Assembly: GCA_051646145.1 (NCBI GenBank)
Contig: JBOFCQ010000087.1
Span: forward strand, 1 to 50,422
DNA: 50,422 bases
Reading direction: 5' to 3'
Source: Hyphomicrobium sp.
Lineage (GTDB): Bacteria > Pseudomonadota > Alphaproteobacteria > Rhizobiales > Hyphomicrobiaceae
Shown: positions 21,175 through 30,681 of the stretch, piece by piece
Numbering within the stretch: the first letter of the stretch is position 1
How the letters are laid out: every line of letters starts with the position of its first letter
Program-made: the position numbers and the translations under genes
The notes under the pieces: model-generated
Database searches by the model: none
Seen by the model: the letters and a program-made list of their open reading frames with translations, nothing else
What the model was told of the DNA's origin: nothing

Positions 21175-21762
21175 TTATGGGGTGGGCCACTGGATCTCAC
21201 GCTTGAAGTCCGCGTGCGAAAGCAGCTCAGATGCTACCGACGCTCCGGGGAATGTTACTAGGACAACTTGGAGGCCCGCGATGCGCCCGTACTTCATCGC
21301 AGGAATAAAGTCTGTGTCATTTGTGATGAGCACGATGCGAGTTGCCGCTTTGGTTTCACAGAAGTTTGCAATGTCTAAACCGATTCGCATATCAACGCCC
21401 TTCTGCTCAAAGTCCGGAGAGAAGTCAGCATCAGTGAGACCCTGCGCTGAAACAGGAATGCTTTTAGGTTTCCATCCTCTGAACTTCAGCTGGCCGCGTC
21501 GAACCGCGAACAGGTCTTTGGCGGCCATCTGGCGAAGCCAATTGTCTGACCCTTTGAACTCATGTGGTGCGCCCGAAACAGGGAGCTTGGTCTTGCCAGA
21601 ATAGTACGGACAGTCGTAGTAGAGCACGCGGTAAACAACTTCGCCCTTGGCCGGGCAAGCCAAGGCGACTTTTTCAACGTAATCTGGGGTGTATGGTTGG
21701 TTGCCTTTCTTCGCGAGAACGCGAAGGTGGCCACCATCTATCAAGATCGCAGTTCGAATCAT
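21175..21762 (-). CDS. NYN (LabA/DUF88, PIN-like) domain ribonuclease
   Basis: ILIDGG, LYYDC, EQKGVDMRIGLD, ITNDTDFIPAMKYGRIAG, LLSHADF. Confidence 0.9.
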   Translation of the reverse strand: MIRTAILIDGGHLRVLAKKGNQPYTPDYVEKVALACPAKGEVVYRVLYYDCPYYSGKTKLPVSGAPHEFKGSDNWLRQMAAKDLFAVRRGQLKFRGWKPKSIPVSAQGLTDADFSPDFEQKGVDMRIGLDIANFCETKAATRIVLITNDTDFIPAMKYGRIAGLQVVLVTFPGASVASELLSHADFKREIQWPTP

Positions 21763-21771
21763 TTTCAAATG

Positions 21772-21848
21772 ATAAGCCCCCGCACATTTCTGTGCGAGGG
21801 CTATATAACGTGCCCGCCTACGGGCGTAGCGGATCTTGTGCACCTCAC
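21772..21848 (-). ncRNA. Candidate structured RNA upstream of NYN gene
   Basis: 12-bp stem with GAAA tetraloop and G-U pair on minus strand (21775-21802), a second structured domain, and TTGACA at 21870-21875 (minus). Confidence 0.55.
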
Positions 21849-21975
21849 ATGGGGTGCGTTGGTCCACTATGTCAATACGGCAAATAGGTAAAAGCTTCGT
21901 AATGAACAAGGCTCGCACAAGCTTTAGCGCTTGAATTTTTTAAGCATTTTCCTCATCAGCCTATTTTTTTGTTCG

Positions 21976-22938
21976 TCATCGGGCCCTATCAGTCGTTCGA
22001 TAGGTCAGTCGCTTGCCTTGGGCACCCTTGATCATCTTGGCAGCGCGATCTTCATCGGTTACGCCAAGCCGGACACGGTTGTTATACCGGAAATCGAACT
22101 CAGCCAGATAGCGGTGCAGGTGCTTTTCCTTGCAGTGCTGGTAGGTGCCGCGCATCCCGCGCTTGAACACTGAGAAGTAGCCTTCGACAGTGTTGGTGTG
22201 AATGGTCTTGGCCGGCTCATAGCGCACGTACTCTGAGATCGAGTGATCCACGCGGTCGTGCGAAGCAAACTTGTCGCTGATCCGGTACTTATAGAGCTGA
22301 GCGGAGTCGGTCATAATCGCGGTTTCGCGGCGAACATTCTGCTCAATGATCGGAATGACTTCCGACACGGTGCTGCCGGCAACGTGATAGCTGCGCACCG
22401 AGCCGCCACGCTCAACCAGCGAGACGATGACGTTCTTATGAGATGCGCCGGTAATTTTGCGGCCAGTGTGGCGTTTGCGGCCCTTGGGATGGGTCGCGGC
22501 GCGGCCATAGATAGTCTCATCGACTTCCACGGTCTTGCCTTCGCCACCCATTGGCGGAACCAGCGAGCCGGTGCGCATGGCTTCACGAATGCGGTGGCCC
22601 ATGAACCAGGCGGTCTTGAGGGTGACGCCCAAAGTGCGGTGAAGCTGGTTGGCGCTGATGCCCTTCTTGGACCCCGCGATCAGGTAGAAGGCCTGCAGCC
22701 ACAAGTGCAGCGGCACATGGCTTGAAGCAAAGATGGTCCCGACAGTGACGCGGAACTGCTTGCGGCAGGCGTAGCACTTATAGAGGCCGAAGCGGGTCGC
22801 ATTGCCCTTCATCTTCGACACGCGCTCTTTCTCGAAGCAGTGCGGGCACTGGGCACCCTTCGGCCAGATATGAGCCTCAACCCACTTGTAAGCGGCGTCT
22901 TCGTTCTGTAAATGTTCTAGGGTGAGAAGGCTGGCCAT
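21976..22938 (-). CDS. IS1595 family transposase
   Basis: Zn ribbon CPHC...CYAC, KTAWFM, VEVDET, MTDS, HTNTVEGYFSVFKR, HLHRYLAEFDFRYN. Confidence 0.96.
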   Translation of the reverse strand: MASLLTLEHLQNEDAAYKWVEAHIWPKGAQCPHCFEKERVSKMKGNATRFGLYKCYACRKQFRVTVGTIFASSHVPLHLWLQAFYLIAGSKKGISANQLHRTLGVTLKTAWFMGHRIREAMRTGSLVPPMGGEGKTVEVDETIYGRAATHPKGRKRHTGRKITGASHKNVIVSLVERGGSVRSYHVAGSTVSEVIPIIEQNVRRETAIMTDSAQLYKYRISDKFASHDRVDHSISEYVRYEPAKTIHTNTVEGYFSVFKRGMRGTYQHCKEKHLHRYLAEFDFRYNNRVRLGVTDEDRAAKMIKGAQGKRLTYRTTDRAR

Positions 22939-23047
22939 TGGAATCTCCTATGATTCCAATATGCGGTGCGATCTTGGGTTTGGCAAGTATAATATTGCCC
23001 AAGAGTTCGGGCCCGCGCTAGCCTTCCACCAGGCGTGAGGGGCAGCG

Positions 23048-24577
23048 ATGTACGGGCAGATTTCAACGCTGGCGTTTATCGGCATCGAAGCGCGGCCGGT
23101 TGAAGTGCAGGTGCGCATCACGCCGGGCGCGGCCGCGTTCGCCATCGTCGGCTTGCCCGATAAGGCCGTTGCCGAGAGCCGCGAGCGCGTGCGCAACGCG
23201 TTGCACGCGGTTGGCCTTGGCCTGCCGTTCAAGCACATCACCGTCAATCTCGCGCCCGCCGATCTGCCCAAGGAGGGCAGTCATTTCGATCTGCCGATCG
23301 CACTCGCCATGATGGCCGCCATGGAAGCCGTCGCGCCAGACGCCATCGCGGGCTATGCCGCCATCGGCGAACTCGCGCTCGATGGCGCCCTGCGCGCCGT
23401 GCCGGGCGCTCTGCCGGCCGCCATCGGCGCCAATGCCATCGGCAAGGGCCTCATCTGTCCGGCGGCTGTTGGTCCGGAAGCGGCGTGGGCGGGCGATGGC
23501 GTCGATATTCTCGCGGGCCCGCACCTGCTGTCGCTGGTCAATCACTTCAAGGGCCTGCAGACGCTGGCGCGGCCAACACCGAACATCGCGCGCCAGACCG
23601 GCATTCAGCCGGACCTCGCCGACATCAAGGGGCAGGAGGGCGCCAAACGCGTGCTCGAAATCGCAGCCGCGGGCGGACACAATTTGCTGATGGTCGGGCC
23701 GCCGGGATCGGGCAAATCCATGCTTGCCGCGCGCCTGCCGTCGATTCTTCCGCCGCTGGCGCCGGAGGAGATCCTCGAAGTCTCGATGGTGCATTCGCTC
23801 GCCGGCGAATTGATGGGTGGCAAGCTTGCCGTCGAGCGGCCGTTTCGCAGCCCGCATCATTCGGCGAGCATGGCGGCTCTCGTCGGCGGCGGCTCGCGGC
23901 CGCGGCCCGGTGAGGTCAGCCTTGCCCATCTCGGCGTGCTGTTTCTCGATGAACTGCCGGAATTCCAGCCGAACGTGCTCGATGCCTTGCGCCAGCCGCT
24001 CGAAAGCGGCGAGACGGTGATCGCGCGCGCCAATCACCGCATCGCCTATCCCTCGCGCATCCAGCTTGTCGCGGCCATGAACCCGTGCAAGTGCGGCGGC
24101 GGCCAGGGTGGCGAAAGTTGCCGGCGTGGGCCGCGCTGCGCCGCCGATTATCAGGCCCGTATTTCTGGTCCGCTGCTCGATCGCATCGATTTGCAGATCG
24201 AAGTGCCGGCGGTCTCGGCTGCCGATCTCGTTCAGCCCGCGCCGACGGAAGGCAGCGCCGAGGTGCGTGCCCGCGTTGCCGCCGCGCGCGAACGGCAACG
24301 GGCGCGGTTCGCTGGTCTCGGTGCAACCGGTGTGCGCACCAACGCGCAGTGCTCGGGTCGACTTCTGGAAGAGACGGCGATGCCGGACGATGGCGGTCTA
24401 GCGCTGCTGCGGCAGGCGGCGGAGACGCTGCACTTGTCGGCGCGCGGGTTCCATCGCACGCTGAAGGTGGCGCGCACGCTGGCCGATCTCGATGGTCACG
24501 ATCAGGTCTTGCGCGTGCACGTGGCGGAAGCGCTGAGCTATCGCGCGGAGGTGCTGCGGCGCGCGCAGGCGGCGTGA
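23048..24577 (+). CDS. comM: YifB/ComM family Mg-chelatase-like AAA ATPase
   Basis: VGLPDKAVAESRERV, NLAPADLPKEGSHFDLPIA, GPPGSGKS, LFLDELPEF, SGPLLDRID. Confidence 0.95.
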   Translation: MYGQISTLAFIGIEARPVEVQVRITPGAAAFAIVGLPDKAVAESRERVRNALHAVGLGLPFKHITVNLAPADLPKEGSHFDLPIALAMMAAMEAVAPDAIAGYAAIGELALDGALRAVPGALPAAIGANAIGKGLICPAAVGPEAAWAGDGVDILAGPHLLSLVNHFKGLQTLARPTPNIARQTGIQPDLADIKGQEGAKRVLEIAAAGGHNLLMVGPPGSGKSMLAARLPSILPPLAPEEILEVSMVHSLAGELMGGKLAVERPFRSPHHSASMAALVGGGSRPRPGEVSLAHLGVLFLDELPEFQPNVLDALRQPLESGETVIARANHRIAYPSRIQLVAAMNPCKCGGGQGGESCRRGPRCAADYQARISGPLLDRIDLQIEVPAVSAADLVQPAPTEGSAEVRARVAAARERQRARFAGLGATGVRTNAQCSGRLLEETAMPDDGGLALLRQAAETLHLSARGFHRTLKVARTLADLDGHDQVLRVHVAEALSYRAEVLRRAQAA

Positions 24578-24848
24578 GATGCGACTGCGCGGAATGTTCC
24601 TGCACGCTCGCGCGTGGGCTGTTGCGCGCTGTTGAATGCCGGTTCCGCGCTACGCCGCGCGGCGGCCGCAACGACAAAGGCCGGAGCGTGTGCCCCGGCC
24701 TTATGTTGAACGTCTGTTTGCGCCGCGATGCAACGCGCCGTGATGTCGATGTGCAGCGCTGGGCCTTCGCCGATGGTCAAGCGGTGCGTGTCACCGCCAA
24801 CCAACAGCCGGCCGAGTGCCTGACATCGCTGGCGCGCTCGGCCTCAGC

Positions 24849-25736
24849 TTACGCGAACACCGATTTGGCGCCGATCTGCATGGCCGCGGCCTGTGCCGAG
24901 TTGCGCAACAGGCAGGCAATGGTCATCGGTCCAACGCCACCCGGCACCGGCGTGATGGCACCGGCCACGCGTGCGCACTCGTCGTACTTCACGTCGCCGA
25001 CGAGGCGGCCCTTGCCATCCGGACCGGTGATGCGGTTGATGCCGACATCGATCACGATCGCGCCGGGTTTGATCCAGTCGCCGCGCACCATTTCAGGAAT
25101 GCCGACGGCGGCGACGACGAGATCGGCGCCTTTGACCACGCCGTGCAGATCGCGCGTGCGCGAGTGGGCGATGGTCACTGTGCAGTTCTCGCGCAGCAGC
25201 AGCGCCGCGACGGGCTTGCCGACGATGTTCGAGCGGCCGATGACAACGGCGTTCATGCCGGCGAGGCTCGGCGCCACGGACTTAGCGAGGATGATCGAAC
25301 CGGTCGGCGTGCACGGCACCAGCGCCCGTTCGCCAACCCACAGCCGTCCGACGTTCACCGGATGGAAGCCGTCGACATCCTTGTCGGGGTGGATCGAGTT
25401 CAGCACCTTTTCCGAGTTGATGTGCTTGGGCAGCGGCAACTGCACGAGAATGCCGTGGCAGGCCGGATCGTTGTTCAGCTTGTTGACGAGGGCCAGCACA
25501 TCGGCCTCGCTCGTCTCCGCCGGCAGCTTGTATTCCCACGAGTTCATGCCGACTTCGACGGTCTGCTGCGCCTTGTTCTTGACGTAGACCTTGCTCGCCG
25601 GATCTTCGCCGACCAGCACCACGGCAAGGCCCGGCTTCACGCCGTGTTCCTTGATGAGACGTGCAACTTCCTTGGCGACTTCCGCGCGCACGTCGGCCGC
25701 GATTTTCTTACCGTCGATGACTTGTGTTCCCGACAT
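24849..25736 (-). CDS. folD: Methylenetetrahydrofolate dehydrogenase/cyclohydrolase
   Basis: [41 protein letters not shown]. Confidence 0.98.
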   Translation of the reverse strand: MSGTQVIDGKKIAADVRAEVAKEVARLIKEHGVKPGLAVVLVGEDPASKVYVKNKAQQTVEVGMNSWEYKLPAETSEADVLALVNKLNNDPACHGILVQLPLPKHINSEKVLNSIHPDKDVDGFHPVNVGRLWVGERALVPCTPTGSIILAKSVAPSLAGMNAVVIGRSNIVGKPVAALLLRENCTVTIAHSRTRDLHGVVKGADLVVAAVGIPEMVRGDWIKPGAIVIDVGINRITGPDGKGRLVGDVKYDECARVAGAITPVPGGVGPMTIACLLRNSAQAAAMQIGAKSVFA

Positions 25737-25762
25737 CGGCGTCGTCCTCCTGAACCTTGTGT

Positions 25763-26119
25763 TTATGATTTGGCCGGGGTCGGAGACGTGAGGCGCTGGA
25801 GCCGGGCGGAGAGCCTCAGCTCGAGATCCACTGCGTCGCCGCCGACGGATAGGGTTTTGACGCGCGACTTCCCTCCCGCGACAAGCGCAATCGAACTCTT
25901 CGGCGCATCCAGCCAATCGCTGACAAGCCGTATGAGAGCGGAATTTGCAGCTCCGTCTTCGGGAAGGGCACGCACGCGCGCCTTGAAGGCTGGCCCCTCG
26001 GCAGTCGATTCCAGCCCGTCAATAGTATCTTTGGACGATTTAGGCGTCAGGCGGAAGCGCACAATGACGCACGCGTCGCCACGTCGCCACGGTTTGTCCG
26101 CGGCGGCGTCGGCGGGCAT
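25763..26119 (-). CDS. DUF167 (YggU) family protein
   Basis: [27 protein letters not shown]; between yggT and folD. Confidence 0.85.
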   Translation of the reverse strand: MPADAAADKPWRRGDACVIVRFRLTPKSSKDTIDGLESTAEGPAFKARVRALPEDGAANSALIRLVSDWLDAPKSSIALVAGGKSRVKTLSVGGDAVDLELRLSARLQRLTSPTPAKS

Positions 26120-26409
26120 CAGGCGATGGCCTTGGCGATGTTCGGCAGCACGACGCTCTGGATGAAGAAGCAGCCGAGCAGCAGCACGATCGGCGAAATA
26201 TCGACGCCGCCCATGTTCGGCAGGACGTTGCGGATCGGGCGCAACAGCGGCTCCGTCAGCGCGTTGAGGCCGTTCCAGATCGTGCGCACGGCCGGGTTGT
26301 AGGCGTTGATGACGCCGAACGCCATCAGCCAGCTCATGATGACGCCGGCGATGATGACGTAGGTGTAGAGGTCGATGAGATAGCTGATGAATTGCAGCAG
26401 TTCGATCAT
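26119..26409 (-). CDS. YggT family membrane protein
   Basis: SWL...N...LTEPLLRPIR...GGVDISPIV. Confidence 0.92.
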   Translation of the reverse strand: MIELLQFISYLIDLYTYVIIAGVIMSWLMAFGVINAYNPAVRTIWNGLNALTEPLLRPIRNVLPNMGGVDISPIVLLLGCFFIQSVVLPNIAKAIA

Positions 26410-26502
26410 GGGGCGCGCGCCATTTGGTCAAAGTCCGGCGGTGGAAGTCCGCTCGGTGGACGACCGGCGGAAAAGTCCGGCAAGCTGTAGCTGCGCCGCG
26501 CG

Positions 26503-26544
26503 GTCCGGGCAAGAGTGTCCGGGCAGAGGTGTCCGGGCGAGAGC
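26503..26544 (+). repeat. Three degenerate 14-bp tandem repeats
   Basis: gtccgggcaagagt / gtccgggcagaggt / gtccgggcgagagc. Confidence 0.6.
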
Positions 26545-26897
26545 GTGTTTCGCGCGGGTTGGCCGAGCGCGCCGGCGGGTGCCTGAGTGCGGCAGGGCGC
26601 GGGCGAGGCGGGGCCAGGCCAGTTCGTCCGCACGGCAGAGGCGCGGGGCAGCGCTCGACGTGAAGTGAACCCGGTCGAGGCTACAACTGCCGTCGTCGTC
26701 GGGAGGATCGGCGGTTGAACTGGCCGAGAGCAAAGTACACCCGGCGCCACTCTGGCCGTTTATGGCCGATCGCCCAGAACTTGACTCGGAGCTTGGCCAG
26801 AGATTTGAAATAAGCGGGTCATGCGCGCGCCATCGGATCGGGGCGACGGCCGTTGCCGGGCGGCCGGTTTGGCGGCGGGGAAACGCCCCCGCGTTTC

Positions 26898-26926
26898 TTG
26901 ACATCCCGCGTCGGCGATCCCTAAAT
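26898..26926 (+). promoter_or_regulatory. sigma70-type promoter of tRNA-Ala
   Basis: TTGACA-N17-CTAAAT just upstream of the tRNA. Confidence 0.65.
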
Positions 26927-26937
26927 GCCGGCCGGTC

Positions 26938-27013
26938 GGGGCCGTAGCTCAGATGGGAGAGCGCTGCAATCGCACTGCAGAGGTCAGGGGTTCGATTCCC
27001 CTCGGCTCCACCA
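26938..27013 (+). tRNA. tRNA-Ala (anticodon CGC)
   Basis: GGGGCCG/CGGCTCC acceptor with G3-U70, anticodon arm ctgca-atCGCac-tgcag, GTTCGA T-loop, encoded CCA. Confidence 0.97.
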
Positions 27014-27221
27014 ATAAAATCAAGCCGTTAGATGATCTTCCCGAAAATCCGATACTGCTGGGCACACACCAATAGGGTGGTGCAGGGGCACGCGTCGTTG
27101 CGCGTCGTGACGAGCGAGATGAAGAATACCCTCGCGCTGACTAGGTAGAGACGGGACGTCCCGTCTCTCAACGAAGCTTTGAGGTCTTTGCACCGAAGCC
27201 ATCGGTAGGCATCCTGTCGGC

Positions 27222-27944
27222 ATGAGCGATTCCTTTCTCATCCGATTGGCAGCGGGACTGCTCGGCCGCGAGCGGGCCGAAGCCTTGCCTGAGCCAGGCT
27301 TGAACGATCGGGCTTGGCAGCTCGCAAGGAACGCGCTCGCGGCAGCCAAGCTCAGCGACACCGTTGTTTTCTTCCTCGATGACACGGTGGTCATGCACTA
27401 CGGCTCGACCGTCGCGGCGACGCATTCGACTGTTCGCAGCCGATCAACCGGCGAGCGCATCAGGGGTGTCAACGAGGTTGTCGGAACGACAGCAAGCCTA
27501 ACGGCTGATTCTCTCCGTAACATATTCGCACTCGTCGAGCTGTTGGCCTTCAAGCTCGTTCACATTCAGCATGAGCGACAACGCCCCGACTATGACCAAC
27601 AGACAGAAGGGCATCGCAAGCGCCTTCGGCGGCTGCGAGATAAAGGTGCGATTGACCTGACCGCTTTCGTACTTCTCGACGAGCTATACGGCACGCGGTG
27701 CGAGTTCGCCCACACGGTCCAAGGCCTGGAAAGTCTGTCCTATCGAGGTAAACCTCTGCGCTGCACTTTCGGCGCTCGGGGTGGTTCTCGCGACGATGCC
27801 GTGCGCGACTTCTTCCTGGACGACATGTTCGCGGCGAGCGAGGCGTTGCTGGCTGCATTCCGGCCGATGCAATGGCTCCAGTTGGATGCCGAAGCATTCG
27901 AGCGTGCTTGGAGAAACATGGCTCTTACCTACAGCGCGAACTAG
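27222..27944 (+). CDS. Hypothetical protein, possible HEPN-like
   Basis: 240-aa ORF with FALVELL helix and Rx4H motif LYGTRCEFAH. Confidence 0.55.
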   Translation: MSDSFLIRLAAGLLGRERAEALPEPGLNDRAWQLARNALAAAKLSDTVVFFLDDTVVMHYGSTVAATHSTVRSRSTGERIRGVNEVVGTTASLTADSLRNIFALVELLAFKLVHIQHERQRPDYDQQTEGHRKRLRRLRDKGAIDLTAFVLLDELYGTRCEFAHTVQGLESLSYRGKPLRCTFGARGGSRDDAVRDFFLDDMFAASEALLAAFRPMQWLQLDAEAFERAWRNMALTYSAN

Positions 27945-27961
27945 ACGCAGACCCCCCACCA

Positions 27962-28255
27962 TCACTCCCATCGGAAGGTGAGTTTGAATTCGGTCAGGAC
28001 GAGCAGGATGACGAGCGGCAGGGCGGCGAGCATCAGCAGTCGCCACGCCGGCCAGCGGTTGCGTTGAACCCAGCACACGCCGGCAACGGCAAACGCGAGC
28101 ACGGTGTTGAACAGATAGATGAGCGTCTCGGGCGCCGTCCAATCTATGCTGGCCGTGCCGGTGTCGATCGTGAGAAAGGTCCAGACGAACCAAGAGCCGA
28201 GCGCGATATTGAGCAGGATGCCGAGGCCGCACAGCGCGGCCAGAAGGATTTGCAT
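27962..28255 (-). CDS. Small hypothetical membrane protein
   Basis: Three hydrophobic segments; GAGG-type RBS upstream. Confidence 0.6.
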   Translation of the reverse strand: MQILLAALCGLGILLNIALGSWFVWTFLTIDTGTASIDWTAPETLIYLFNTVLAFAVAGVCWVQRNRWPAWRLLMLAALPLVILLVLTEFKLTFRWE

Positions 28256-28716
28256 CGTCTCGTCCTCATCTCGTGTGGGGCGTCACCGGCGGCGTTTGAG
28301 ATCGCTGCGGCGCGCGCCGGGTCGTTTGCGCGTGGGACCCACTATCCTGCAACGGACGGCCAGCGACAAGGCAGCGCTTGGGTGCGCATTCAACCGCGCT
28401 GCTGATGGCGAGAGGCGCCGCGCACGCGAACAACGTCAATCCATCGACTGCTTAGGTGTCGGGAAAATGCGAGGGCAGAAACCCCGGTTCAGGCGAGGCC
28501 GCATCGGCGGCGATCTTGCAATCGTGGTTCAAGGCATGTCCAACCGCTGTCGATGACGCGGTCAGCGGCTTCACGCCGTTGTCCGGCGCACCGTTTCTCG
28601 ATAAGGGCATACAATCAGCGGATCTCTCCGCCGATAGGAATGGCACGCCGCGTCGCGATCCGCCGATCTGGGGCCGATTGCAGTGCCGCGACGTCACGCG
28701 CGTGGTGGCACGTTCC

Positions 28717-30555
28717 TCAGTGGACGTTCAACGATGCGCCGTTGCGTTCACGCATCAACAGCGCCGCGAAGGCGTCCGCCTCCATCGGCCGCGCGAGAGC
28801 GAAGCCCTGAAGCGTGTCGCAGCCGAGGCGGCGGATCGTGGCGATCTGATCGGTGTCCTCGACGCCCTCAACCGTCACCTTCATGCCGAGCGATGATGCG
28901 ATGGTGATCATCGAGGTCAGGATTTGGTAGTCCTCCGGCGGCGCGTCCGCGCGAGGCACGAACTGGCGATCGATTTTTGCGCCCGCCGGTTTCAAGCGGA
29001 TCAATCCCAGGATCGACGCGTGGCCGGTGCCGAAGTCGTCGATCTCCCAATTGATGTGGCGTGCGCGCAGCGCTTCGAGAGCCTGCATCGCGGCGTCGCC
29101 GGCTTCGTCCATGAAGGCGCTTTCGAGCAATTCAATGGTCAGCACGGACTTGGGGAAGCGCGCGGAAATCAGGCGATTGACGAATTCCGGGTTCGCCAGG
29201 CGCGACAGCGAGGCATTGACGGAGATCGATTGCGGAGCGATGCCCCGCTGCAGCCAGATATTGTACTGCGTTTCGGCGTGCGCGAGAGCGATGTCGTCGA
29301 GCGTGTCGACATAGTTCATCTCGCCAGCAACCGCGAGGAAACTGCCGGGGTTGAGCACGCCCTTTGTCGGATGGTGCCAGCGCAGCAGAACTTCAGCGCC
29401 TGAGATCGAGAGGCCGGACGCGCGGAATTTCGGCTGGAAGTAGGGCAGGAACTCACCGCAATCGATGCCGCGCGCGATGTCGGCGGAGAGCTGCGAATGC
29501 TCGTCCATCTGGTCGTGCAGCGCGCGAGAATAGATCGACACGCTGCCGCGACCGCGCTTCTTAGCGCTTTGCAGGGCCGTGTTCGCGCGGTTGAGCGTTG
29601 TTTCGAAGTCGGCAGCGCCCGCCTTTTCAAAGGCGATGCCGACGGATGCGCCAACTCTCAGCGTGTGGCCGAGGTAGACAGTCGGCTTGGCCAGTTCGAG
29701 AAGGATGTGGGACGCCCGTTCGGCGACATCGTCGGCGGTGTCGACGGTCGGCGCGATGATGGCGAACTCGTCGCCGGAGATGCGCGCCAGCATATCGTTC
29801 GGCCGAATTTGCGATTGGATGTGCGCGCCGATATCCTTCAAGACGGCATCACCCATGGCCACACCGAACATGTCGTTGATCTGATGGAAGCGATCGATAT
29901 CGATGGTCATCACGGTCCATCCGTCGCGCGGTGCGTCGGATGTCGGCATGGCCGCGAGCAAAGCTTCCACGCCATTGCGATTGGGAAGGCCGGTCAGCGT
30001 GTCGTAGTATTTGCTGAACAGGATCTCGTCGACCATGGCCTTTTGACGCTCGCGGCGCTCAATGCCGAAGTAGACCGAGATGGCGATGTCCATGTCGAGC
30101 ATGGCGGCCTTGATGAGGGCGGCCTGCAAGGCGGCGCGCCCTTCGTGGAACGGCGAACCCGGAAGCGCGGGGCGGCGCTGCACGGCGACGATGAGGCGCG
30201 ACAACAGAAAGCTATAGCCGCCGATATAGATGCTGGGCTCAAGCCCGAGACGATTGTGCGTCTGGCCGATTTTGCGCACCGAGTCGCGATAGGCCTCATC
30301 GAACAATCCTTCAGAGATAATACGCCAATGTTTAAGCTGCATATCTCTGGCGTGATCCATATGCGCGCGATCGCGGAAGAACGAAGCGGCCGGCGGGAAG
30401 CGGCTCATATGGTCGTAGAAGTCGTTCAGAATGCTAGGAAGTTCGCCCATGATGAAGGCCGAGTTTTCGTGCAAAATTCGGCACATCTGCGCGTCGACGT
30501 CGGCGAACGCGAGCCGGTCTGCAACGGTATCATCGGGTCGGTCGGGCAGGTGCAT
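28717..30555 (-). CDS. Globin-coupled sensor GGDEF-EAL protein
   Basis: Protoglobin-like N-terminus (FYDH, QLKHW, IGQTHNRLGL, YIGGY), DTLTGLPNR, SGDEF, EVLLRW, IDDFGTG. Confidence 0.9.
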   Translation of the reverse strand: MHLPDRPDDTVADRLAFADVDAQMCRILHENSAFIMGELPSILNDFYDHMSRFPPAASFFRDRAHMDHARDMQLKHWRIISEGLFDEAYRDSVRKIGQTHNRLGLEPSIYIGGYSFLLSRLIVAVQRRPALPGSPFHEGRAALQAALIKAAMLDMDIAISVYFGIERRERQKAMVDEILFSKYYDTLTGLPNRNGVEALLAAMPTSDAPRDGWTVMTIDIDRFHQINDMFGVAMGDAVLKDIGAHIQSQIRPNDMLARISGDEFAIIAPTVDTADDVAERASHILLELAKPTVYLGHTLRVGASVGIAFEKAGAADFETTLNRANTALQSAKKRGRGSVSIYSRALHDQMDEHSQLSADIARGIDCGEFLPYFQPKFRASGLSISGAEVLLRWHHPTKGVLNPGSFLAVAGEMNYVDTLDDIALAHAETQYNIWLQRGIAPQSISVNASLSRLANPEFVNRLISARFPKSVLTIELLESAFMDEAGDAAMQALEALRARHINWEIDDFGTGHASILGLIRLKPAGAKIDRQFVPRADAPPEDYQILTSMITIASSLGMKVTVEGVEDTDQIATIRRLGCDTLQGFALARPMEADAFAALLMRERNGASLNVH

Positions 30556-30681
30556 CCGGGTCTCGAGTGTCTTTAAAAAATATGTTGGGGTGAAAGCGAG
30601 TGATGCGCACTGCGATTCGATACGTAAGTTCAACCATCATGCACTATGCCTTGATTGAAACTGGTGGCGTGTTGGTCGATT

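Larger units (their letters stand above)
20093..23000 (-). mobile_element. IS1595-family transporter IS with passenger genes
   Basis: Left end gggatattatacttcccaaacccagaatcg vs right end (rc) gggcaatattatacttgccaaacccaagatcg; 8-bp DR aagagttc at 20085-20092 and 23001-23008; AT-richer cargo. Confidence 0.9.

Noticed and set aside
26503-26544. Possible CRISPR or iteron array
   Set aside because: Only three short degenerate units, no spacers, and no cas or rep gene.
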